A stretch of 38,936 nucleotides of DNA from a virus (taxonomy: Duplodnaviria > Heunggongvirae > Uroviricota > Caudoviricetes). Every line of letters begins with the position of its first letter. Positions within the stretch are counted from its first letter, which is position 1. Position numbers and translations under genes: made by a program. The DNA is taken from IMG/VR virus record IMGVR_UViG_2802429244_000013, positions 1 to 38,936 of that record; one strand, written 5' to 3'. Of this stretch, positions 1-9,037 are shown piece by piece. The notes below the pieces were generated by a model. It searched no databases and was not told where the DNA came from. It saw only the letters and a list, made by a program, of their open reading frames with translations.

Positions 1-192
1 ATGTTCGCGCAGGTACTTTTTGTTTGCTATCTGGACGCTGGTTGTGAAGATATTGTGGTTGATGTCTACAATACGGAACAGCAGTGCCTCTACTCAATGG
101 ACGATCAACGGATCCGCCACGGTGGCTGTTTTCCCGTTGAAGATTTCATTGATGGGTTCTGGCGGCCTGCGCAAGATTACAGTGACTTTTAA
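1..192 (+). CDS. small hypothetical protein (63 aa), possibly host YebW-like
   Basis: ORF starts at ATG at position 1 and is convergent with the phosphatase gene; size matches the small gene recalled next to pphA in E. coli; no motif recognised. Confidence 0.3.
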   Translation: MFAQVLFVCYLDAGCEDIVVDVYNTEQQCLYSMDDQRIRHGGCFPVEDFIDGFWRPAQDYSDF

Positions 193-849
193 TTACTGGA
201 GTCGTTCCAACGTGAGTGTTCCACCAAAGACCGCGCCGGTATCAATATAATGCAAGTTACCGATATCTACGCGATGGCGTAATGGCGTATGACCAAACCA
301 GAAATGATCAGCGCCGGTAATTCCCTGCCCTTTTCGGCCTTCACGCAATCGCGAGCGACTCCACAACACCTGATGCAGATCGACTTCCTTATGCCACTCA
401 TAAATATCATTGGGGTAATCCGCATGGGCGATGACATGCAGTCCGCTACTACAGCTTAATTCAATTATCCACGGCAAAGACCCGCACTTTTCCAGCGCCC
501 TTCTCGCTTGCTCACGTTGGTGCTCTGTCAGTGCGGCAAACCAGTCGCCACCATTCATAAACCACAAAGACATCTGCTGCGATGCCAGCGCATCCATCGC
601 CATCTGCTCATGATTGCCTCTTACCGCCCTGACCCAGCGTTGATCCAGTAATTGCAGGCAACGCAAACTCTCCGGGCCACGATCGATAACGTCACCAACC
701 GAGATTAACAAGTCTTGCCACGGGTCAAACCGGCAGAACCATAATTTCTCTCGCAGTTGCGCCAGGCAGCCATGAATATCACCCACCAGCCAAATATGTC
801 GCCACTGACTACCATCAATTCTCTGATAGATGTGGCCTGCCTGTTTCAT
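193..849 (-). CDS. pphA: serine/threonine protein phosphatase, PrpA/PphA-like calcineurin-type metallophosphatase
   Basis: ORF 193..870; likely start is ATG at 849 preceded by an AAGGA RBS; metallophosphatase motifs GDIHGC, GDVIDRG and GNHE; strong resemblance to E. coli PrpA from memory. Confidence 0.8.
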   Translation of the reverse strand: MKQAGHIYQRIDGSQWRHIWLVGDIHGCLAQLREKLWFCRFDPWQDLLISVGDVIDRGPESLRCLQLLDQRWVRAVRGNHEQMAMDALASQQMSLWFMNGGDWFAALTEHQREQARRALEKCGSLPWIIELSCSSGLHVIAHADYPNDIYEWHKEVDLHQVLWSRSRLREGRKGQGITGADHFWFGHTPLRHRVDIGNLHYIDTGAVFGGTLTLERLQ

Positions 850-997
850 CAATTCCTTACTCCCGCGCATAAGATCACATTATTTTAACAAAAATGTTAA
901 AAAAGCCTGGACTGAAGCAGTAGAGTGTGTGTTATGGTTGATTGTGAAGTCAGTGAGGGAAAAGCAGTAATGCCATTATCAAACTGGTTTTATAGAT

Positions 998-1023
998 AAA
1001 AAGAGACCGAACACGATTCCTGT
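998..1023 (-). other. 3'-terminal fragment of SdsR/RyeB sRNA, probable prophage attachment core (attR junction)
   Basis: Minus strand reads acaggaatcgtgttcggtctcttttt, which matches the recalled 3' terminator end of SdsR; the match stops after about 25 nt, as expected for a duplicated att core. Confidence 0.4.
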
Positions 1024-1327
1024 TTTCGTCAACAAACAATAAACCCCTTTAAAATTAATGCGTTGAATAAATTTACGTTCATCTTTTAATCCCTAACGCG
1101 TACCATTGCATATTAATACATTCAATTAGTTACCATTTTTTTCGAGTTTTTTAGAGAAATTTTCGGGAATATTTCAGGTCAATCCATGCATACACAAGCA
1201 ATTCCTGTATTGAATAATTCCGTAGCAATTATGTAAAATCATCTCCGGCTGATTTTCATTCAAACTCGCGCTATCGAACGTCCATCAGCCAGCCGTGGCA
1301 CGTTCTTGCATACGACGTGCTACGGTT

Positions 1328-1729
1328 TCATTTATCTCCGACCGGAAACTTCTTATACAAAGTCGATACGCCAACATCATAGATGATCGCCACCTTCTGG
1401 CGAGGAACGCCTGATGCAATTAATCGCCCGGCCTGCGCCCATTGTTCTGGTGTAAGTTTGGGACGACGTCCCCCAATTCGTCCCTGTGCGCGAGCAGCTT
1501 CCAGTCCTGCTTTTGTTCGTTCAACAATCAGTTCACGTTCCATTTCAGCCAGGGCACCCATCACATGGAAGAAAAAGCGTCCCATTGGTGTGCTGGTATC
1601 AATTGAATCAGTCAGACTACGAAAGTTGATGCCTCGTTCGCGCAACTCCTCCACCAGCACGACATTCCAGACAACCAGTGTGTCGCCTGCCGATAATGTC
1701 ACAACTGACTGGCGGGTGGAATTGTGGAA
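1328..1729 (-). pseudogene. pin: DNA invertase remnant (Pin/Gin/Hin serine recombinase), N-terminal catalytic domain missing
   Basis: ORF 1328..1702 encodes the C-terminal part of a Pin-like protein (GDTLVVW, ELRERGINFRSLTDSIDTS, GRFFFHVMGALAEMERE, GRIGGRRPKLT); first codon is GTG, the frame closes 9 codons upstream, and about 15 residues are missing after VVW relative to Pin. Confidence 0.75.
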
Positions 1730-1789
1730 TTAATGCTTGGTGATATCAGCAGTACAGATAAAGAAAAACTATCTGCCTGGATAGAATAC

Positions 1790-1824
1790 AAAAAAGAAGT
1801 AAAAGCCGTCGACACTTCGACGGC
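1790..1824 (-). terminator. rho-independent terminator after the tail fibre operon
   Basis: Stem gccgtcga/tcgacggc with loop cact at 1805-1824, followed on the minus strand by a T-rich tract; sits right after the tfa stop at 1833. Confidence 0.5.
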
Positions 1825-1832
1825 ACCTGAGA

Positions 1833-2240
1833 TTAGCTGGCCTGAACTGCCGGAGGCGTAGGCCATTCAATATCTGGCGCACTGGAGGTATCCACCAGAT
1901 CCAGTGCGTCCAGGTAATCCAGCCACAAATTATATTGCGCCAGTTCCTCGTCTTTCAGACGACCAATAGCCGCTTTACCGGGCCACTGCTTGCTGTTAAT
2001 AAAATCATTTGCAGCACGTATGCGTCCTTCTTTTTCGAGTTCTGCTTCCTGGATTAACTGTTCTTTAGTTTTCTCAGGTTCGGGAGGGGCTGTGAAATTA
2101 TTTCCGTCATAGATCCATCCAATATCAACTGCAACACCAGAGATATTAACTGCCTTAAAATCGGCAAACATATCTCCTGCACCATCCCAAACAACGATAT
2201 TAACAACAATATTGTTTTTAATTAGTGCGTATCTGTTCAT
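1833..2240 (-). CDS. tfa: tail fibre assembly protein (Tfa chaperone)
   Basis: C-terminal Tfa signature LWLDYLDALDLVDTSSAPDIEWPTPP; ATG at 2240 overlaps the tail fibre stop by 1 nt. Confidence 0.8.
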   Translation of the reverse strand: MNRYALIKNNIVVNIVVWDGAGDMFADFKAVNISGVAVDIGWIYDGNNFTAPPEPEKTKEQLIQEAELEKEGRIRAANDFINSKQWPGKAAIGRLKDEELAQYNLWLDYLDALDLVDTSSAPDIEWPTPPAVQAS

Positions 2241-3292
2241 TAGCCGTATACCCACAAAATCGCCAGACCGTCAGCCCCTGCTCCACCTGACATAGACACC
2301 CCGGTAGACCCTGAGCCATAAATAGAGACCGCGCCGCTTCCGCCAGAGCCATTGCCTCTGGCATTATTTCCCGCCGATGCATTGACTCCCGAACTAATTC
2401 CGATTGCCACACCGCCCACTCCGAACTCAGAGTCAGCCCCTTTCCCGCCAAGCGCATTTTTATCCGAGAACAGAAATCCAGAGTTTCCACCATACCCGAT
2501 ATGCTGTGCTATCAATTCTGCTCTACCAGGAATGGTGTTATTAGCATTCGGAGACGCTGTAGGCCCGCCGGTTGGCAGAACATTAAATGCTGCCCCCTTA
2601 GCTCCACCTCTCCCACCAGTAGCAGTAATACCGTCGATAATCGTAGCACCACCGTCACTTCCATTAGCTCCGGTTGCGGGAGTTGGCACGCCCCCCGCAC
2701 CACCTGCGCCAATAGTAATATTAATTTTCTGACTGGCATCAACTGTGAATTTTGCTACCACACGGCTACCTGAATTCCCGCCCTGCCCTACTGACGCATA
2801 TCCGGGTTGTACGGTCGTGGAGTTACTGCCACCGCCGCCTCCGCCACCAATCATATCTGCCACAACAAACCTGGCATCTTTCGGCAGTGTAATTTGCCGG
2901 GATGTGTCAATCCGGTACACTGCAATGAGTCTTCCTGTTCCATCTCCCAAACCAAGGTTTTCGAGAGCCGTTTTCACCGTGCCATCCGATTTGATATCAC
3001 CAAACGGATTCTTGCGGCTCAGGTATTCAACAGCAAACCCCGATCCCAGCAATTCAACAAAACCGGGCAGATCACCATTATCAAGCACATCCCGTTGCGT
3101 TTTATCACTTACAAACTGGGCCAGAGCTGCAGCAATAAAGCTGGCCTGCCGAATAACCTTATTGACTTGCGCACTGGAGGCTTTCCCTGCTGTAAATCCG
3201 GATAAAAGCGCAGGCAACGCTTCCCATTCCTTCTGCGACATAACATTGGCATTTTTACCCGTTGCGAATGCTTTAAAGTCATTTTTTGCCAT
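2240..3292 (-). CDS. tail fibre protein with glycine-rich collagen-like repeats
   Basis: 350-aa ORF with a conserved N-terminal fibre attachment region then Gly-rich low-complexity stretches ([15 protein letters not shown]); ATG at 3292 overlaps the upstream stop (ATGA). Confidence 0.75.
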   Translation of the reverse strand: MAKNDFKAFATGKNANVMSQKEWEALPALLSGFTAGKASSAQVNKVIRQASFIAAALAQFVSDKTQRDVLDNGDLPGFVELLGSGFAVEYLSRKNPFGDIKSDGTVKTALENLGLGDGTGRLIAVYRIDTSRQITLPKDARFVVADMIGGGGGGGSNSTTVQPGYASVGQGGNSGSRVVAKFTVDASQKINITIGAGGAGGVPTPATGANGSDGGATIIDGITATGGRGGAKGAAFNVLPTGGPTASPNANNTIPGRAELIAQHIGYGGNSGFLFSDKNALGGKGADSEFGVGGVAIGISSGVNASAGNNARGNGSGGSGAVSIYGSGSTGVSMSGGAGADGLAILWVYG

Positions 3293-3972
3293 CAGAGTAA
3301 TACTCCCCATGCCCCTACATCAAAACCACTGATAAATTCGTTATCCATATCAAAACCAAAAAATTTTGAACCTTCCGATGGGGTTTCCACCGAAGGTGTT
3401 TCAATACCACCCGCCCACACCCCGGCGGCTTTTACTGTGAGATATCCCTGTTTAATTGCAGCAATTAACTCACGCGATACATCTGAAATATCAGTATCAG
3501 GAAAGACCCAGACCGATATCGTCATGTCCTGGTTATCGACAATCTGCATTCGCAGCCCGGATCCTGCTGTCGCCGTGTCAAGAATTGCTGGAAGCGAATC
3601 ATTCCGTCCGTCCCAGTTATTAATCGCAATCTTCGCTTTAAGGATGACACGATAAGTTTCATCGCTGAGATACATGTATCCGGAATCAGGATCATATGGC
3701 CCCTGCCATACCCCCTGATCATATCCAAGCCCGTCGGTATCCCAGCTGAAATAGACACCTGAGATAGGCTGGCTGACAACACGGCTACGTCCGATCCACA
3801 ATCCCAGAATGTCAAGTTGCACACCAACCGCAGAGTCAATATCAAATGCAGTAATCAGCCCTCTGGTGGCCGCCGCAACATCAATAAGCGGCCGGGTCAT
3901 CAGATCAACATGCGCAAGAAATTTAGGTTTGGTGGCGTGGTAGTTCGTGATTAGTTCGGTGTATTTGCTCAT
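3292..3972 (-). CDS. tail or baseplate protein (Mu gp48-like)
   Basis: 226-aa ORF coupled to the baseplate J-like gene upstream and the tail fibre downstream; position matches Mu/SfV-type baseplate clusters. Confidence 0.55.
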   Translation of the reverse strand: MSKYTELITNYHATKPKFLAHVDLMTRPLIDVAAATRGLITAFDIDSAVGVQLDILGLWIGRSRVVSQPISGVYFSWDTDGLGYDQGVWQGPYDPDSGYMYLSDETYRVILKAKIAINNWDGRNDSLPAILDTATAGSGLRMQIVDNQDMTISVWVFPDTDISDVSRELIAAIKQGYLTVKAAGVWAGGIETPSVETPSEGSKFFGFDMDNEFISGFDVGAWGVLL

Positions 3973-5168
3973 GACTCCACCGTTATAACGATATTTTCCG
4001 GGGTACAGGACGCAGATTCGTTGTATCTGATATCAATGTTTGATGACGACAAAGCCCCCGGGGATTTCCCAATCGTCAGTTCCTGAATATCGTAATAGCG
4101 TGCATTCCCGCCACTCACCACGCCAAGATTCGCCGGTGAGTAAATGCGACTTAAAAGGACCGAATCACCAATCATCAGACTATTGATATAGTCGGAAATA
4201 GCCTGCTGGATCTGCTGCCCTATCTGTGAGGTATAACCCGTAAAAACTTTTAATTTAATCCGGGCATAAACAGGCACATCACTGGAACGCGAGAATTTGA
4301 TTACATGGGGATTGCCGTATTTATCCGGAACCGTAACGGATGTTGTGCCGTGAGTGGCTGTCCCCTGGCCTTTATTCCCTCTGATAGCCTGAGCAATATC
4401 CGTCACATCACCGCCATCTACAATTACAGCAACAGAGTGTGGCGGTAACCCGTTACCGTCCTCCGAACCAGTATCGTTTTCATAGAGTTTGTGGCGGGTT
4501 ACACCGGTAACATTAGAAACAGCACCATCCAGTGCTTCAAATGGGGTTATTGATGGCAACGCAACACTTTGCGACTGGCGGATACGTAACTCCGCATCAG
4601 TTTCTGCCGGAGTGCCCACAGTAGCCGCAGCAGGATTGGTTACCGAAACCCAGCCACGGGTTGGCGTATTAATTTCAGTGATTGTTCCAGCCAGCGCCGC
4701 CACTGCACCACTGACGGAACATGTTGCGGTCGCCATCACTGTACCATCCACGCCGACCACCACTGAAGCAGGCAAACGCCATATCACATTATTACTGTCT
4801 TTCACGCTGCCATTAATGATGGTTGTTCCGGCAGTTCCTGTAAGAAGCAAATCAACCGTAGAGTTCGTCGCGCCTTTACGTGAAATACCATTTATTTTCA
4901 CGTTACTGGTCAGTGCAGCCCCATAGCCGGTTGCCGGTGAAAAACAGTTGTAGACAGTTATCGCCATATTATTGGCATCATGAATCGCCAGCGCCATCAG
5001 AGCCACCATCTGGCCGTCTTTGCTGTCCGGTTCGAGGTAGGCATCACTGCCATAAATCTGCTGAAAATAGCTAATCAGGGTGCTGAGTATCGTCTGATAA
5101 TCAGGCGCACTGATCCCCTCTGCGGTTACCTTTGCAGATAAACCGAGAGAATCAAGGTTCAGAGCCAT
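3969..5168 (-). CDS. baseplate J-like protein
   Basis: 399-aa ORF with typical size and position for the baseplate J / Mu gp47 family; stop and start overlap its neighbours. Confidence 0.7.
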   Translation of the reverse strand: MALNLDSLGLSAKVTAEGISAPDYQTILSTLISYFQQIYGSDAYLEPDSKDGQMVALMALAIHDANNMAITVYNCFSPATGYGAALTSNVKINGISRKGATNSTVDLLLTGTAGTTIINGSVKDSNNVIWRLPASVVVGVDGTVMATATCSVSGAVAALAGTITEINTPTRGWVSVTNPAAATVGTPAETDAELRIRQSQSVALPSITPFEALDGAVSNVTGVTRHKLYENDTGSEDGNGLPPHSVAVIVDGGDVTDIAQAIRGNKGQGTATHGTTSVTVPDKYGNPHVIKFSRSSDVPVYARIKLKVFTGYTSQIGQQIQQAISDYINSLMIGDSVLLSRIYSPANLGVVSGGNARYYDIQELTIGKSPGALSSSNIDIRYNESASCTPENIVITVES

Positions 5169-5521
5169 TACGCCTCCGATGTAACAGTCGTTATTCCATA
5201 GAGAGTGTCGATTTCAGCGGAAAACATGACACGTCGGGTCGTGGTATCCACCGTCGTATTGAAAGAGAGGATTGATTTAACGCCCTGCGTTTCCAGAATG
5301 CGTTTTCTGATCGCTAGGTTGTAAGTTTCCGGTTTTTGCCTGCCCAGCACAGACTGGATCCACGGAGTCCCTTCGGTGGTGTCGAGAAACCATTGCCCAT
5401 ACCACAATTCGAATCGCGTTTTCACAGCCTGCGCCACGGCCTCAGGCGAGTTAATCAGCCAGGTGTCATCACCGCTGCCAAAGGTGTAATCGCCATCGGC
5501 GTCTTCACGTCTGTATCGCAT
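5168..5521 (-). CDS. baseplate protein (GPW/gp25-like)
   Basis: 117-aa ORF between the baseplate V-like and J-like genes; 1-nt overlap at both ends. Confidence 0.55.
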   Translation of the reverse strand: MRYRREDADGDYTFGSGDDTWLINSPEAVAQAVKTRFELWYGQWFLDTTEGTPWIQSVLGRQKPETYNLAIRKRILETQGVKSILSFNTTVDTTTRRVMFSAEIDTLYGITTVTSEA

Positions 5522-6273
5522 CAGTTTACCCCGTCGGTACTGCTTCCACCGCGCTGAACACCGCCATGAGTGTGCGTATCATCGATTGGCTTGCCGTTAG
5601 CCTTAACGCTCCCCAAGAACTCAACAGCACCAGTGATTTTTGAAGCCACGCCAGAAACAACAGACCCCACCATACCTCCCATCCAGGTTAACAGGCCATG
5701 AATGGTTACTTTCTCAGAAAAATCAGCCAGAGGGGCAACCACATCAAGGCCCCCCGGAGCGACAATTTTAATTTTCCTGGTATCAGGATTAAGCTCAAAA
5801 TAGGTGCTGCCGTCATCACTACGCAACTGTGTGGCACTGGTATTAATACCGCTAATCTTCCTTGCCTGCGACTGGGGACCGACAATACAAAACGCATCCG
5901 ATAAATCATGCATTCTGTCATCGACCGGCTCCTGTATCCCGCCACTCTGCCACCAGAAATCAATACAACGATCGGCAAAAATCACCAAACATTCATCACC
6001 GGCTTTAACTGGAAAAGTCAACGTACAGCCTCCGCCGCGCGGAAATACCACTGGCACATCCACCAGCAGGGGTAATGTCGTCGACTGGTTGATTCCATTT
6101 GAGTCCGGCTCATAGCCTTTAATCGCAGGTTGAACAACCACTGTTACCGTGTCCGGATCAAATGACTGGACGATGCCGGGCATAGAAACACGCAGCGCCG
6201 ACATGACAGAGCCAGCAAGTCTTACATCGGCCTGTTCTTTGCTACCAAGTTGAGCGCTTAAAGAAACGGGCAT
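5521..6273 (-). CDS. baseplate assembly protein V / spike (Mu gp45-like)
   Basis: 250-aa ORF with the N-terminal region typical of phage baseplate V proteins; position in the baseplate cluster. Confidence 0.6.
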   Translation of the reverse strand: MPVSLSAQLGSKEQADVRLAGSVMSALRVSMPGIVQSFDPDTVTVVVQPAIKGYEPDSNGINQSTTLPLLVDVPVVFPRGGGCTLTFPVKAGDECLVIFADRCIDFWWQSGGIQEPVDDRMHDLSDAFCIVGPQSQARKISGINTSATQLRSDDGSTYFELNPDTRKIKIVAPGGLDVVAPLADFSEKVTIHGLLTWMGGMVGSVVSGVASKITGAVEFLGSVKANGKPIDDTHTHGGVQRGGSSTDGVN

Positions 6274-6291
6274 TCATATGTCTCCAGAAAG

Positions 6292-6316
6292 TAAAAAACC
6301 CGCCGGGTGGCGGGTT
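6292..6316 (-). terminator. rho-independent terminator of the small membrane protein gene
   Basis: Hairpin cccgcc-gggt-ggcggg at 6299-6314 followed on the minus strand by TTTTTT, 17 nt after the stop at 6333. Confidence 0.55.
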
Positions 6317-6332
6317 CATTATTGAAGTTTCA

Positions 6333-6572
6333 TTACTGCTTGTTTGCTTCTAACGCTTCAGCTATTCGGCGAAGATACTCATTGTTTTTAAATGAAACCA
6401 TGATGCACTCAAAGAATATTCGGCAAAATACAGCACATAACAAAAGCACTAAAGCGCCAGCAGCCTTCCCATTAACAAACGTTATAATGGCGGCAACAAC
6501 CAGAAGTAACATTGTGATGCCATACAGAACGTTGATGATTTTTGGAGTTATTAATTTATCAAATCCGAACAT
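6333..6572 (-). CDS. small hydrophobic membrane protein (79 aa), moron
   Basis: Two predicted transmembrane segments; AAGGAA RBS; own promoter and terminator; inserted between baseplate genes. Confidence 0.6.
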   Translation of the reverse strand: MFGFDKLITPKIINVLYGITMLLLVVAAIITFVNGKAAGALVLLLCAVFCRIFFECIMVSFKNNEYLRRIAEALEANKQ

Positions 6573-6608
6573 GCGACAAATTCCTTATCGTGAAAGTAGA
6601 AGTATCAC

Positions 6609-6636
6609 ATTATAATTACGGGTGATTAATCAACAA
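6609..6636 (-). promoter_or_regulatory. sigma70-like promoter for the small membrane protein gene
   Basis: Minus strand TTGTTG (6631-6636), 16-nt spacer, TATAAT (6609-6614), about 35 nt upstream of the start codon. Confidence 0.4.
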
Positions 6637-6711
6637 TCTTTTTGCATGGAAAGGAACCGATGATTTTCGGCGCATCCATGCTGTTCTGCAGAAGCTGGAC
6701 GCCAATGTAAT

Positions 6712-7047
6712 TCACTTCACCTTCCGGCAATCATACGTCCAGAACTCCCGAGGCTCGTCCATATTTTTGCGGATAACTTCAACGTTGAGGATCGCTTTTT
6801 TGTTTCGTTTGATGTAGTCCATACCTAACCAACGTCCAGTATTAGGATCAGGTAACATCCATTGCATCATGACATTATCGAAATCGTCTTTTTGTTTCAA
6901 AAAGGTCATTTTTTGTGTTTCTGGCTTTTGACCATTGATGTGCATGAGGCCATCATTACCAGCATCAAAGCGGAATGGTCCGCACTGCGTTGCCGCCGAA
7001 ACTGTTAACGGCAGGGCCAAGAATAAACAAAAAAATACTTTTTTCAC
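6712..7047 (-). CDS. small secreted protein with N-terminal signal peptide (111 aa)
   Basis: MKKVFFCLFLALPLTVSAATQ is a signal peptide; GTG start with GGAG RBS, overlapping the upstream stop (GTGA); no family recognised. Confidence 0.5.
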   Translation of the reverse strand: MKKVFFCLFLALPLTVSAATQCGPFRFDAGNDGLMHINGQKPETQKMTFLKQKDDFDNVMMQWMLPDPNTGRWLGMDYIKRNKKAILNVEVIRKNMDEPREFWTYDCRKVK

Positions 7048-8078
7048 TCTACATCTCCGACTTTGTCCAAAGTGCCTTTTGCCAATAGTTCTTTGCCACC
7101 TTTAGCCAGGCAAAGCAGGTCCATATACCACGCCTGCCCTCGGGTGTCGCCAGTATAATCAATGCTGCCCACAATGTAATCACCGTCAGTATTAATGCTG
7201 GCAGGCTGTGACATGCCTGGCAGACCGTTAACGTAGAGATTACCGTCGCTTTCAGACTCATCCAGTCGTGCTGGCGATTTCGCTACCTGGTCATTACTCA
7301 AAGAGGCACGGTATACAGATGCCTGATCCAGACGAATAAGCCCACCGAGCTTAATATTTGGATTAATCAGGCATCTGACATTTACGCCAGCTCCCATCGT
7401 CTGCTGTGGCATACCGATAAGCCCGGTGTTAGCATTCAACACCGTAGCAACACCAATATATTTATCTTCAGGAACAATATTTACCAGATTATTTTCATAC
7501 CACCAGTTAGCCTTACACTGCCCTGCGATATGATTCATCAACCTTGATGTGTTTTGATAAACAACGCGACCCCGGGGAAATACCGTTTCAGGCATGTCAG
7601 GAACTGCGCCGGATTCGATGCCATATGGTTCGAATGATTTCATACCCAGACTGAAAAGATCTCTGTACTTCCAGCCAGCTGCCACTGTGGTTTTCACACT
7701 TGCGTTCAGGTGGCCTTCCCAGCTGTCAATACACTGCAACATGATCCAACTGTCTGTGGCATTATCTTTACCAGTGACAGTAAAACGGATATCTCCATTG
7801 AATATCATACCAACGTTTTCATCAGGATAATTACCTGCTGCATCCGGTTGCCCCTTGTATCCGGCAATAACCTGTATACGCGAAAACTCCTTCTGCATAA
7901 TCCGGTTCTGAGTGGTAGGAGACAGGTTATAAACCTTAAAATTTCCAACGAATCCATTAAATATGGTCGCAGGCATTTTCTGAATATTGAAAGTGACTTT
8001 AAGCTCAGAAATTTTTATCCCATCGCCCTTATCATCAACAAGCAATAATTCAAAGTGACGCATCCAGTTTTTCGACAT
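7044..8078 (-). CDS. baseplate hub or tail protein (Mu gp44/P-like)
   Basis: 344-aa ORF with ATG start confirmed (MSKNWM); size and position fit the P-like baseplate protein of Mu/SfV-type tails. Confidence 0.5.
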   Translation of the reverse strand: MSKNWMRHFELLLVDDKGDGIKISELKVTFNIQKMPATIFNGFVGNFKVYNLSPTTQNRIMQKEFSRIQVIAGYKGQPDAAGNYPDENVGMIFNGDIRFTVTGKDNATDSWIMLQCIDSWEGHLNASVKTTVAAGWKYRDLFSLGMKSFEPYGIESGAVPDMPETVFPRGRVVYQNTSRLMNHIAGQCKANWWYENNLVNIVPEDKYIGVATVLNANTGLIGMPQQTMGAGVNVRCLINPNIKLGGLIRLDQASVYRASLSNDQVAKSPARLDESESDGNLYVNGLPGMSQPASINTDGDYIVGSIDYTGDTRGQAWYMDLLCLAKGGKELLAKGTLDKVGDVE

Positions 8079-8080
8079 TG

Positions 8081-8383
8081 TTACTCCGTGAAAACATAGA
8101 GGTGTGAGAGCGTTCCAAGATCGAATTGCGTCGGATTCTCCTGCCCTGCCACGTCGCAGAGCACCACCAGAGAAAAACCCAGATCCATATATCGATACTG
8201 TGCCAGCAGGTCAGCCCCAGTAATCATCGGTATACCTGATATAATGGCGGAGCCATTGCTGTCAGCAAGATCCAGAACCCAGTACTCGCCTCGCCAGATG
8301 ACAGACAGGTGATAAACCGAACCGTTAATTGTGGTGGCAAAAGTCTGATTGTCAGCAACCAGTGGGATTTCTACGGCTTGCAT
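8081..8383 (-). CDS. tail protein (100 aa)
   Basis: ORF coupled between the tape-measure-proximal gene and the hub gene. Confidence 0.45.
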   Translation of the reverse strand: MQAVEIPLVADNQTFATTINGSVYHLSVIWRGEYWVLDLADSNGSAIISGIPMITGADLLAQYRYMDLGFSLVVLCDVAGQENPTQFDLGTLSHLYVFTE

Positions 8384-8386
8384 GAA

Positions 8387-9037
8387 TCACCTTCCCAGAA
8401 ATAAATTGCTCAAATACCCATCAACAGTGGAGATACCTTCTTGCGCCATCTGTGGCAGCGATTTCAGAATGGAATTATTCGGCAGCACCGTTGTTTTGGT
8501 GCCTGTATTCTGCACAGCAGACGTTCCGACTCCCTCGGTCATATTGTTTTTCGGGGCAACCCTGACTGACTGCGTGGAGGTAATAATTACTTCCCTGAGG
8601 GTAAGTGTCGCCAGAAGCACATTTTCACTACTCTTATCGGTCGTAACCTCCAGCGTTTTTATCAACATATTGTTGTAAATACGCTTGCCGGTTGTCACAT
8701 CGAAAGGAATACGATTCCGCTGCAGGTTAAGCAGTTCCTGATACAGTTCTTTCGGGCTCAGCCCCAGTAAACTGGTAGCCGTCAGGTTACTGGCAAAATC
8801 AAGCAGCGATCCGCCTCCGGAAAAACCGGTTTCCATCACAACCTCAGAAGGGCGCCTGAATGCGTGTTCTGATATATAACCAGCGCCCTCACCACTGGCA
8901 CCAGCATTCGTGGGCTGTTCAACCGGATGTTCCGTAATTTCCAGGGCGTCAGTGTGCTTTTCGGTAATAACCACATCAGGAATAATGATTCCTATTGAGC
9001 GGGTTCGCTGCTGCAGTAAAACAGATAAAAAGTCCAT
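8387..9037 (-). CDS. tail protein next to tape measure (216 aa), possibly DNA-circulation-like
   Basis: ATG at 9037 overlaps the tape measure stop by 1 nt; synteny with Mu gp43-position genes. Confidence 0.45.
   Translation of the reverse strand: MDFLSVLLQQRTRSIGIIIPDVVITEKHTDALEITEHPVEQPTNAGASGEGAGYISEHAFRRPSEVVMETGFSGGGSLLDFASNLTATSLLGLSPKELYQELLNLQRNRIPFDVTTGKRIYNNMLIKTLEVTTDKSSENVLLATLTLREVIITSTQSVRVAPKNNMTEGVGTSAVQNTGTKTTVLPNNSILKSLPQMAQEGISTVDGYLSNLFLGR

Noticed and set aside
2352-3332. Several long plus-strand ORFs (2352..2732, 2501..2773, 2745..3332, 2807..3205) and a minus ORF (2512..2742) inside the tail fibre gene
   Set aside because: They are shadow ORFs caused by the Gly/Ala/Pro-rich low-complexity repeats of the tail fibre; only the 2240..3292 frame has fibre-like N-terminal sequence and operon coupling.
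5698-6115. Plus and minus ORFs (5698..5904, 5706..5978, 5804..6115) overlapping the baseplate V-like gene
   Set aside because: They are nested inside a longer, operon-coupled ORF and have no start signals; treated as frame shadows.
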